A stretch of 64,000 nt of DNA, from contig NW_019091362.1 in NCBI RefSeq assembly GCF_001949145.1, positions 2,177,838 to 2,241,837 of the forward strand, in the 5' to 3' direction. This document shows, one piece after another, positions 13,101-25,140 of the stretch. The notes beneath the pieces are model-generated. The model searched no databases, was not told the origin of the DNA, and saw only the letters and a list, made by a program, of their open reading frames with translations. Position 1 is the stretch's first letter. Each line of letters opens with the position of its first letter. Origin of the DNA: Acanthaster planci. Lineage: Eukaryota. Position numbers and translations under genes: made by a program.

Positions 13101-16100
13101 CTTCCAAAAATCTAAAATACATGAAGAACAGCGCAAGGCGGCAGTCTTGTACACAGATGAACATTCACGATTTGAAATTTAATTTATGGTAGTCCGTGGG
13201 TAAAAGCCGAAATAAAAACAGATCGAAATATTTTACATAGTTTTATAATTTATAAGGTAATAAACATAAAGCTATGTTCTACTTTTACGAAAGATTCTAA
13301 TATTTTATCTAACCTTTGCTGAAAACAACTGCGTAATGTCAACTCAACGGAATCTGCAACCCATCGACTGCAGGGAGGTAAATCTTTGCAACGTTGTACA
13401 ATCTCGTTTTCACGAAAGCATGGGGAATGGAAACGAACGTGCATGAACATGGAGACCGAGGTACAATATCGCCGGAAGTGAAAGGTCGTTAATAAAATTC
13501 GTTTTTTACCCGTCTCCGTGTGACTTTTCCAAAATATTACTTGATGAAGACAAAGGTAAAATTCCAGCATGAGTGTTTCATGGGGTGGTTTCAGTAAGGA
13601 ATTATGCTTCCAAAAATTATCGAACGTGATAGGACGGCCTAATGTAAAAACCCCCATAGGCAGACCGCGCAAGGATTCCGGAAGCTTGCTGCGTGACCTC
13701 TTACTTTCAGGCTCTATTGCAGTGCCGTCTAACTGGAGAAACTCCTTGTTTTGTGCTTTTCGTCAAGGCTATTTTCAAGTCCAGTGCTTAGGCAAAAACA
13801 ATACCACATGTCATGTTTCAGCCTCAAATTGAGTGATAAAGGATTAACCATGCACGCCCACTTGACGTGTATCACAGTGCCGCCATCTCCTGCGTTCACA
13901 AATCACGGTGCGTGATTTGATTACCGCAGGCTCCATGTGTCACCGAAGCGATAGCGCCAAGACATGCTTGCTTCAATGTGAGTGACACTCAGGGACAAAT
14001 TTATATAATATGTGCAAATTACAGCGTCAGTATGAGCAACCGTTTGACAGTACACAATGCAGTGGGTGGTTAGTGCCAGCGTGCTGGGTCACTTCATGGC
14101 CATCAATACCATGCTAAGACAAAAAAACAAGCATAGGGTTTCAGATATACTCCAGAGTCAATTTATAATTCCCCCTTGATTTCTTAAAGACGTGGCATTT
14201 GCGAAGGCTAAATGTGACGTTTGACAAGAACAAAAGTAAATATTTATTCTTGTTCAGCTATTGAGATGAGAGTGAATGGTAACAGCGATATTACCATACG
14301 ATACTGAATTACAAGCGATCACCTGTAGGTATGACTTGCACAATAAAGTTACGTGAAAAAACCGTGGTGGTACACATTCTGTACTCAGCATAGCAATGTC
14401 TAAAACAAGGAATGGAAAGGTACGCAGTGCAGTCAGGCGAGTACTAATAGCCCAATATTCGACAACAAGAATATGGAAAGAAACATTTTGGACAAAAACT
14501 TTGTTCTCCGTGCTACTTGAGTTGTGCCAAAAAAATCTCTGAGCTCGAGAACTTGGACAGGAAAGGGCATAGGCCCTACTCAGTATGCATGGTTTGGACA
14601 GATGAAGATCGGTCGATTAAAGGATGGGTGCGTGAGGGATTTTTTTTCCGAAACGATTGTCAAATGCGAGACGTTGAGATGACTGTGGCTGCTGAAATAT
14701 CGGTCCCTATTCACAACGTGCACTTGCTCAGAACTGAGACCAATATGTTTGCTGCCACCAAACGTCTCACAGTCTCCAATTCTGTTCAGCCTTAAAAGCA
14801 TCCTCTTCCTCAAAAGAAAGGTGGTTGTACAGTTTCTAAAGAGTCGGCACTTTCAATTCGTATTTTTAAAATGCCAATATTTCTCCGGGACAACTCTCTC
14901 CCCTGTAATACCTAATTTTGAACAGCACAGGTGAATGATTGGACAAGAACGGTGAACGCGTCCATATAGTTATCGGCACCTGCAAACGAATTTGCAGGAG
15001 AGACAAACTATCCATGCAGAGTCCACCCAGAATACCCTCCACTGCGCAGGGGAAGGCGCTCATGTAACCTAATTCCTCCAAGGAAAACCTAGACATGTCT
15101 TAAAACCCCTGAGAAAATGGCAGTCCAGTTTTCATTTGGTTCTGCTTGTTCACGGTCCGGAAAATCCCTGACCCCGTGGCTAATTGGTCACAGAGCACGG
15201 GTGATTTGCAGCTTTGCGTTGGAAATGTGTATACGCCGACGTACAACCCGGAGATCTCTGAAAGCCGGAAAATCCCCGCAGGTTGAGAAAAACAGAACTG
15301 CGCCAAAATTAACTGCTCAGGTCCGGCGACAAAATTTCATTAATATTTCTTGAACGATGTTTCATTATTTCCGGATCTCGTCACTGGAATCTCAGTGAGC
15401 TACCGCCAAGGGGTATGAAGGCATCGACGTAGGTTTCGTGGGACATAATTATCATTAACGAGGAAGAAAAGCAGCACTCAAACTGGGCCAAAGCAACAAA
15501 CTTCTTTAGGGATTTTGGATATTAAACATTATCAAATACACCTGATCCCATGGTGTCGGCGATAATGCTGCCGAGGGCTAATAGTCTAAATGAAAAGCAT
15601 CGACTTTGATGTTGACAAATATATTATTATTAATGGCGCGGCAAATAGTTATCAAACAAGATCAAAGAAACAAAGTTCTTTGCAGATTTAGGGAGTTAAA
15701 CCCGCTCGCCTGACTTTTCGGCGTCTTGAGAAAACCGTCAATAAACTTTTGCTGAGCAAATTTCATAAGACATGGGGAAAGTATGCAGTGCAAACCTCCT
15801 ATTTATGAGTAGAACCCGGCTTTAGTTGATTTAATTTTTCAGTTCTTAAAAAAATTGTATTACAGACACTCCTTTTCAATGATTTTGTTAGACTTCTAAA
15901 TAGTATATAATCCTAAATTTTCTTAAATGTTTGTATAAACTCGATTATTTTTACGTGGACCTTCTTAAAAAATTCCTTGTGTCTGACTTTCTCCAGCCGC
16001 TCATAATGAATGTGAATGCATTTAGATGTTCTCCTGGCGATGCATTTGGATGTTTTCATGGCAAATGGGTTTCCTTTAAGGCTAATTTTTCGCGCCATTC

Positions 16101-17184
16101 CTCTGTTTGACTAGTTTATGATATAACTCAGCTTTAATACAACCGTAGGGTGTATTTCGTAGATGTGCGATCGCTTATTCACGCTACAGTGCCGTTCGGT
16201 CCTATACACAATCTCTGATCCAACATAACGCCACTTATTTCAAGACAGTTTGCCACGACAGTAAATTGGAATGACATGGTGATCGATTGGTGGTGATAGC
16301 CGAGTTCGACAAAAATTTTGTACAGAATCACTCGATGGCCCAGCGCAATTAAGGGCCATACACGTACAAAATATATGTACGCCCTCTTGTGTAACATGTT
16401 TGTGGTAGACTAACGGGTTTCAACGCAACTTTTGATGTTTATAAAAACTTATGTGAGGGATGAACCCTCTCCAGCTTTTTAAAGTAAGTTGGATTTGAAT
16501 GTTATCCTAATGTGTTCGAATTTGTGACGTTAGCAAGAAAGCAATTTCAAAAGTGGTTTCAGCATTGCAATGCTGAAATCAGCTTTGAATTGTACGTGCA
16601 TATGTTGATAAAATACGTTCCTGAATGTGGTCATTTATGCACTAATGACGAATTCGGTATGGAAAAGCTAAATACGCGCAACATTTGCTTTAAATGCTTT
16701 CATGTCTATTTTCTTACAACAAGCCTCTTTTTCATATTTCATTGCTTCCTATGTCAAAGATTATAGGATTTTCTTTCCTTCACAAATAAACCAGGCGATA
16801 TTACCACCCGTCCACCTATTCTGAGAGTAGAGACTGAATCAGTAGCGTATCGGGGGGGGGGGCAGGGAGAAACGTCCCCCGCTCCCCACGGATTTTTGTT
16901 TTTCAAAGAATACTTCATACGTAAGGAAGTAATCGGTATATTTATTTATAAAACATTCGCACCAAAACTCTAAAAAAAAAAACCATGAAATAAAGCAAGG
17001 ATGACGGGGCCACGAGTAATGCCCCCCAACACCATATTTAATGAGCCCAAAGCCGCATTCGCTTTTGAATTCCCTCCCTCCCCACACACCCACACACACG
17101 CCAAAAGCTGGATATGCCGCTGGACTGAATGAGATTCTGTTGATTCTCTTCCGAGCATGGGTCTGTTCATTACAAAACAATAAT

Positions 17185-17366
17185 TATACCCAGCAAGATA
17201 TGGGACCGAGGGGTACCCCCCACATGTCCAATCCCTATACACACCCTAGAGTATATTGTTACCTAACACGTCCCCCATAGTTTGTAGAGAATTCCTGAAA
17301 TTCCTATCAAACCATGACCCACACAAAGGTGGGGGTGCTCTCCGCCCCATATCTTACTTCCTGCGT
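17185..17366 (+). mobile_element. About 180-bp MITE family (TATACCAGGCAAGATATGGGACGGAG...), copy 1
   Basis: Homologous to 47488-47679 (reverse) and to 40993 onward. Internal inverted motif gatatgggaccgag / ctccgccccatatc. Flanked by duplicated CAATAATT. Confidence 0.7.
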
Positions 17367-18339
17367 CAATAATTGGCAGTTATGTTGGGATGTATTGCCT
17401 AAATTCCGTTTTACTTGGATGGGTGTAAGTGCGTGTTGGTGTAACTTTTGTTGCCCTTCAGTCTTTTTTTTTTCTTAAGGAGAACTATTTATTGAGCACG
17501 AACTGCAGATGGGGGCGGGTGTTTGCAAGAAATGCAAACTGTCAGCAGTCCTGTCTTTGCAAGATATGGGGAAAGTGCCCCTGCTGGGGGGGTTCTTTGG
17601 CAGGCACCCAGATAATTTTAAGATGCACGACGTTCTACCCATCCTGAAATTTGATAACCCTGTGAGCCGATTTGTCATTCTGCCACTGAGCCATTGACGT
17701 CATTCTTCAATTTCAACATTTTCCATACCAAATGCAGTTTCGACGGTAACGAATAGTAAATCAATTGTACAATAGAAAATGGTGTTTGATTAAATATCAA
17801 GCATTCGCTATCTAGAATCGATTTTAGAAACAAAATAGTTACCCCAGCGCGGTTTTCGCATACACGATAACAATGACGATTTGAAGAAGTTATTTTTCCT
17901 GGAAGGACAATACACTCACAGATGAAATGACGTCAGGATCCACCTCGCTGTGTGTTTCCGTTTACACAGAGATCCACAGGCTACCGTAAGATTGTCAGAT
18001 ATTGAAACTAATCAACCACTTATTATATCCGGCGTATATGCCACAGCGGCATGTTGTGTGTCAGTTATCACCGAGATAGCTCTGGGCCATGAACTTATCA
18101 CTGCGGCCTTCATCTCGGCAACTGGTAGCTTGATGAAATTAACTCTGTCTCTTTTTTTTTCTTCTGTCCAATCTAGATCCCGATATTTCTTGGTAACTTA
18201 TCGTCACTGGGGAGTTCTGTTGGCAGTAATATCTGTGGATTTTTAGGATAGATGGGACGAGGATAATTAAGAGACATGAAAAATTTCAGTCTGTTTCTAG
18301 TGGTGAAGGATAGGGGCTAGTCATTGACCACTAAACTTT

Positions 18340-18510
18340 TTTAAGACAAAAAGGTGTTCTGACCACAGATCTGGGGTCATTGGTTCGAATCCAGCAGAGG
18401 AGAGCGTGTTGTGTCATCGTGTAATTAAGACGCCGGTCTTGAATCTCGTTCGTGTCCTTTCTAATGAGAAAGGTTTGTCATTGATAAGCCAGGCCGACTA
18501 TTAAAAAAAT
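18340..18510 (+). mobile_element. Degenerate tRNA-derived SINE-like fragment
   Basis: Pol III B-box GGTTCGAATCC at 18382-18392 and an A-rich end near 18503. No intact cloverleaf. Confidence 0.35.
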
Positions 18511-19096
18511 GCATGAATTTTTTTTTTGTATTTCTTTAACTCTTTTCTAATGTTCACTGAAAATTTGTAGTGCATTGTATTGTGTCTCTTACGTATTCGT
18601 ACAAGGTTCATTCGATGACAAACTAATCAGAATATCTTTTTAATAATTTGTATGAAATTTGGATGAAATATGAAGGTTGGCAGAGTGGGCAAATAATGCC
18701 AAGTTGCGTGTGGTAGCACTCCTTTTTATGTGTGCGTGATGTTCAGAAAAGAACGCAGTCAGCGTTTCTGACAGTATAATCTACCTGTCTGAATCCTTGA
18801 GTATTTCAGAACCTCGCCAGTGAGAGATATTTCCCACATAGTGTTCCCTTCAGGCTATTCCACATTATCATAACTCGGATTATCATTTTAAGGGGGAGAA
18901 TTAAGCAGACCTGTTATGCATGAATTGGATATCACAGACAAAATCTGTGAATTTTATACAAGATTTGTTCATCCATTATAGTTTGGTCGACGCTTAATAT
19001 CAACCTGACCCACGTCTATTTGCGTAATAAGAAAAGTCTTGGTCGAAGGTATCTCTGTATTTTTAAATCCGTTGTTGCAGTCACTGCCTAAAATCC

Positions 19097-19414
19097 ACGC
19101 TGTAAAAACAAGTGTTTTTACGCCTTTAAATGCCTTCCTGGTAACACTCTTTGAAGGTGTTGTGGTGTTAAGGATCCAAAGCTAAGCACGTTGTTGTGTT
19201 CATTTTTTAAACAAAGACATCTGGATTCTTGAATAAATTCAGACACAAAGATACACTTGGGTTTTAATAAGAAAACACATAAAAAGGCTTATCAGAACGT
19301 GAGCCTTTCTGAACACAAAAATACGCTCAAGTAGTTTAATTTATACGACTACATGTTTACAATTAACACTAACAGGTGTTCAAAATGGGTGTTTCCGATT
19401 TTTTCTACAGTGTA
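19097..19414. mobile_element. CACTG/CACTA-type MITE
   Basis: Termini acgctgtaaaaa and ttttctacagtgta, with internal repeated aacac/gtgtt motifs. Confidence 0.5.
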
Positions 19415-22400
19415 GAGAGCTGAGATGAATATAAATAAGGTGCAATGACCGCAAACCATAGGTTCGAATTTTCTTTCCTTCACTCCATGTCACAATTTTT
19501 CGAAATCTGTGTCGACACTTTAAAGATAGTTACCATTAAAGATAAGACCAAAGCAGATGACTAAATAAGGCGCACATGTATGATTTCATATAGTAGAGTT
19601 TGCATAAGCAGAATAAGATCATTGATACGGAGAATGCTCATCGACTGCAAACAGCTGAAAGTCTTAGGGTTTAGTATTAGGAACCATGCGGAAGATTTAT
19701 TTCGTTCAAGCCAAAGATTGGTTATTAACCAATTGTGCTCCCTCTCCCCGTTTAAATTACGCTACGGGTACTTTCTGAACAAAAATGTTCGTGCTATACA
19801 TTGGTTACCAGGAAGCAACGCATTCCGTTTTGAAAAATATCAGACTTTTCAAATTTAACTCTTTGAAAAAGTGGAATTTCATTGTACGCTTGTATGGTAT
19901 GTAATATACACGGGTCTACCACACTATGGGATGCCTTCCGCCTATTTGACATAGTCTGAGAGCAAGATTGTCAACAGGACAAGAGCGATGAGAGAATAAT
20001 TTCAGTTGAAGTCGACCGTTTTATTTTTCAATCAACATCTTCGACCGTTGCCTGGAGGTTTGAAGTCCCATGGTTTTGCGTGGTCTTCAGTGGGTTAAGA
20101 GCAGAGTCAACAGCGGAGAAGTCCGGCAATAGCGGCATCAGAAGGGTTGGAATTAGAAAGGCCAGATGAAAAGAGGGAAAGGTCAGGGTAAGGGTAGTGT
20201 TTTTTTCTGGACAGAGCAGAAGATAACTTGGCCATTAGTAGAAATTTAATTGACCCCTAAATGAACTTTTGCAGAATATACTCTAACCAACTCTAACTTT
20301 TTGTCTGGCATTACCTCCTACAGGATCTATATGATACTTTAGAGGTAGGCCTACGTCTTAAGCACGTTTTTGAACTAATCTTGCGAAATTTGGCAATATC
20401 CCTTTTAGGTACAGTATTAAAAAGTTGACTCAACGTTTTGAGTTTCTTATTGGTACGCTCCGGAAAGAAGATCCGTTCATGAGAACTGAGAGACACATTA
20501 CACTTGCTAAACGATATGTCTAGTGGGGCATTCCCAATTTCAATAGAAATGCAACTGCACCACAGAGATTATTATAATCATGACTAAGAAGTTACATACG
20601 GGGCAACGGCAGTGTTGTCAGATGTTTGGCGCAGCACAGACATGTTGAAGATTGAAGCTTCTAAACTCTGAGTTATTGTTCATCAAGTTGCTATTTGCTT
20701 TATTTTATAGCATGAAGTACTGCATACGGTGTACATTTTCGACAAGCCGAGTGTAAACCAACTGTCTTACTTTTCATTTCAAAAGTCTTTTTTTTTCACT
20801 TGAAATAATCTTAAATTTGAATTCATTGGTAACTAATTTATTTTGTGGAAGACAGTACGTCCGTTCTGATCCACTTAGCGCCTACCCTATTCATTCTGAA
20901 ATACAATTGATCACTTTCATTTGGTTTGAGTTGCCAGTGTTGTCAGGCTTCGTACGCCGATTTATTAGATTGGAGAGACTTGGCAAGAACATTCACATCA
21001 ACAGCAATGTTACTTGATTAACTTTCAACGAGCTATACGCAAGGGAGGCTGGCGAACCGACAAAGAGAAAATAATTCACTGCACGCGCTGACGGCATGGA
21101 GGAGAGTTGAAAGGTACCGAAAGTGCGACGATTACACCGCCGATCCGTACCTTACTCGTCTACGGCTATAAAAAAAATAATAAATAAAAATCTTTCCTTC
21201 CATGGTTCATTGTGGTAACCATGTTTGCCCCTTTTCGGGCATAGACTGATGGCAATCAATAGTTTGTTTAACAGTGGAATGTACCTTTTTGGAAGTGGAT
21301 ATAAATTGATGTCGGTGCAGGCATGTGACTGTGAATGCAGAAGATAAATGCACTTGTCGAGAGCTTCAGAGTAGTTACCAACTGGGATAAGTCACAAAGT
21401 AGTAAACGTATATCTCTCAGTGCAATGAAAAAATACCACAGTATTCTGACTTGGCAAAAGGACACTTTATGCTCATTCAGTTTAGGTGAACATGGGCATT
21501 ATTACATGCTGTTCATTCTGAATTTCTTGCAGCAAACTAATAATTTCCAAAACTTCCTAAGACATATTTCCAAATGTTCCAAATAATGCTCGAAAAATCA
21601 AAAAGAACACAAGCTATTTAGAGCTACTTCTCAAAATTCAATAACTGGAGCGACGTAAAGCGCGTCGCACTGTCATCTTAAGTGGCACTGGGCTTATTTC
21701 AAACGTTCTTAAAAGTATCCTAATACAGTTCTTAAAACAAAGTAAAACATGCAAGTAGACGCGTCTCAAGCGCAAAATCAAGATACCCGCGTGGTCTCAC
21801 TATTCCAGTCATCAAGTTTATTATTCAGGCTTGGTAATTGTCGTTCTGCAAACTAACACAGTTACCCATTGAAAGATACCTGGACACACGCCCAAAACAC
21901 GGCAGGCCTGCACGGAATCAAGGATGAATACTTCATCAGTTGGTACAATTAAACTTGGTTATTCATTAACCATACGCACAAATAGCCTGGTATTAATCAG
22001 TGGGGTGCATGCTGTGCATTGGTCATTAACCAACCATTCAATCATTTTGAGTAATTGCAACTGAGGTTCCTGTCAGTAAATATCCTCCATTTTGATGGGG
22101 TGCATTTTGTTATTTTCAGTTCGGTACATGTCCGGCGAAGTTTGTTTATGTCTTATTTTTATTTGAGTGAAAAAATACATATGAATCACATCGGTTCATA
22201 ACCGATCTTGGAGGTGAGTTGTAGAATATGAACAAAACCAACGACCTTTTTGCGCCTAAATTTCCCACAGGATATTTATCAAAGCCAACAAGCAGCTCCC
22301 AATTCGTAGCGTGACGGGTCTGAAGTAATATCAATATGTTGGATAACGGCTTACCTTCGTCTTTGGCAATTGCAGTGATGTCTTCGATTCTAGCGGAGGA

Positions 22401-22636
22401 GCTTTCCAGTGATGCAACCCGACCGATCGTCATGAGTCGAAGTGTCTTTCGAGATGTCCCACACGAGCGCACCTTCTCGTCCCCGGTTGGCTAGTAGCGC
22501 GTTAATTAGCCTTTGGTTCAAGACGTCTGGTTAGATTCCCCTGCCGAGGCAAAAGCGAGGGCCAATGATTTGACGTCAGCGACATTAGAGTAGAAAAGAT
22601 TACTGTGAAGGACTACTGATGAATCGCCTGCAATAG

Positions 22637-25140
22637 CTTAAAATGCCGTGTGTCAAACCAAGCCATTAAGAAAGAGACCTGGGTGTGTAAAAAGCAAATA
22701 AAACAAGATCTGGAGAATATCGATTTTAAGATCACAAAGACAATGTATGTTCGTACAACCCAAAACCATATTTTCAACATTTGTACCTATTTTGGGGCTG
22801 TAATAATTTATACACTGCTTTTCTCCTCGTGTTTTGTTTTTGATTGTAATGCTATGCGCTATTCATGCAAATGCCCATCTTACTTTTTTCTGCTGTTGTC
22901 CCTCGATTATTTGTCAAACAATTACCTGGTTTACATATGGATGCACCGTTTACCAAGGTCTGGAGTACGTCCTCACATTTGATTACTTACATCTCCAAGC
23001 ATCTTCTGTCCAGAAATTCTGTTTCCACGACAGTGGTGGGACTTTCTGTGTAAACTCTCAACGACATCATGGTCTGATTGGGTGGCCCATTTTAGTTTGG
23101 CCTTGCTGCAGACGGATGTGATAGCTTAACCGTTCTGGCACTTTTTACCTCAGGTCTTGACAGCGTGTAGGCCTGTATCATCAACGACTTAGGTTGACAC
23201 CATTAAAATGAGATTTCACAGTTTCTGGGTGACACTAGGACACAACCTCTGTCGCCCATCTGACTCAAGTCCCGTCTATTCTCGGACGTCGAGGACCGCC
23301 TTTTTATGGGACATATTTGCTTGAAATCCCGCCAACGGCTCCCCTTGCCTGCTAATGTCTGTTTACGGCAAGGAGTCTGTGATGATGAATGCGCTTGGCG
23401 CTTTTCTCCCTGCGGATCCATTTTGGCGGGAATGTTGACAGACGATTTAAGGTCGTCTCTTGCCAATTGTTTTCCCCATGTGTCGTCGATGCATCCTGGC
23501 TGCTATTTTTGACAAGCACCACTGTACAAGTGGTGATAACTCCAGCTTTTTGTGAAAAATAATTGCTAGATAGGTACCAAGTTCTGGCCCATTAGACCAT
23601 TAGGCCTACGATTTAGTGGACGATTGTTTATCGAATACCACAAAAAAATTGACAAGGCTCATTTTAAGATTTTAACGCAAATATTTTTATGTAAATCGTA
23701 TGAGTACACAATGGTGTCCCAGTTGAGTTAAGTTTTGATTTTCAATTGGACAATTTGAGTGCATTTTGCTACCTTTGGTGTTAATGCTAATGAAAGCTTG
23801 CACAAGGTGCAGAAATAAACCTCATTTTTTTAAGACACCACAATCTGCCAGAAGTGTGGGTATTTTACAATGGCGCCACGACGTTTAACGAGACTATGAC
23901 AACGTCCACGACAAGTGCGACAATTTGTGATCATAAGGAGAAGGAATCTGTGAAATAGTGTCACACATGAGACAATATGTGACACAAACCTTCTGTGATA
24001 ATATTGGCCTGCGTCAGTTGCACTCAGACTGGTGAAGAGTCTCGTGATGCACCGACAGAAAATTGTTAATGGAGGACGATCCTTTTCCACGCAAGAGAAG
24101 TATGAAGACATAACGAGAGGATCCCAGCCATTGATAAGTGAATGGACGAGTAACTTTTACCAGCAGAAGCTGATGGCCCGGGAGATTGAAAGGATTCAGC
24201 CTGCAAGCCGCCATGATGTCCGGAGGGCGCGTCCATCGCCCATATCTTGCAACGAGAGGTGCGTTGTAACTTCTGCAGTTAAGAGTGGTGTTTGGCCCGC
24301 AGGGGTGGGCTCATCATTATCCAAAAACCTTCGAAGAAGTCATGTACGGAATTCTTAGTTCTGAGTTTGTGTCTTGCACGAATATACACCTTTGTAAAAC
24401 CCCAGAATGTCACTTGTATGCTACTTGTAAGGTCTTTATTGTCCTTAAACGGTATTCGTAACTAGCGTAAAAATTTCCTATCGGCGCAGAAAATCGATTT
24501 GATTAATTATACTAGAGATATCGCGAAAGTTAAAACAAAAACTAAAAACAAGATTATGACAAAAGTCATTTTTAAGTATTAGGAGTCTCATTCTTGCCAT
24601 TTTTTTAAAATTCGGAGAATGGGAGAGGATACAGCAGCAGGTTTTTTCTGGAGGTTTTTCTTATTATTCGAATAATATAGAGCTTGCAGGACTACTAGAA
24701 AACAACACATGCAATAAAGGTTGTTGTTGGCAATTTACTGAATTTTAAGAACAAGTTTGTTGAGTTGGGGTGATTTTCTCAGTTTGTCCAATTAAGTATC
24801 TTGAATTCGGACGATGCGATTCACAAGTCTTATGACGTTTGTTCTGCCATCACACGTCTCTCCGCGTCGTCCTTTTCATAGAAATATCTGCATGATTAAC
24901 ACTGAACCAGACAAAAGTAAAGATAGTGTCTTCCCGAGAGAGGCTCCTTACGTCGGCAGCACCCGGCCTCGGGACGCCCCACACGCCTTCGGCCAGATCA
25001 AACACGTCTGCCCTATCCACTTTCGCGCCCTTTCTTCTTCAAAAACAAAACGAAAAGCCCACCATGGCATTAATATTCATCTGAACGCGTGTATACCCGA
25101 GGAGCGGACTGTGTTGCCCCATAGCACCACGGCACGATGA
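22637..25140 (+). CDS. Candidate orphan spliced gene, 3' part: join(22637-22744, 24028-24258, 24882-25140)
   Basis: Three open segments joined by phase-2 GT-AG introns (AT|gtatgt...cactcag|A and AG|gtgcgt...ttttcatag|A), ending in TGA. No recognisable domain. Confidence 0.33.

Noticed and set aside
198..16800. Numerous 60-140 aa ORFs in the track
   Set aside because: Apart from the transposase relic at 3356-3484, none shows a recognisable domain. Lengths and composition fit chance ORFs in intergenic DNA.
18382..18392. tRNA gene suggested by the B-box GGTTCGAATCC
   Set aside because: No acceptor stem, D-arm or anticodon arm could be folded; treated as a SINE relic.
22330..23520. Minus-strand exon-like segments with GTAAG donors
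   Set aside because: They could not be joined into a continuous open frame because of internal stops, and they overlap the plus-strand candidate.
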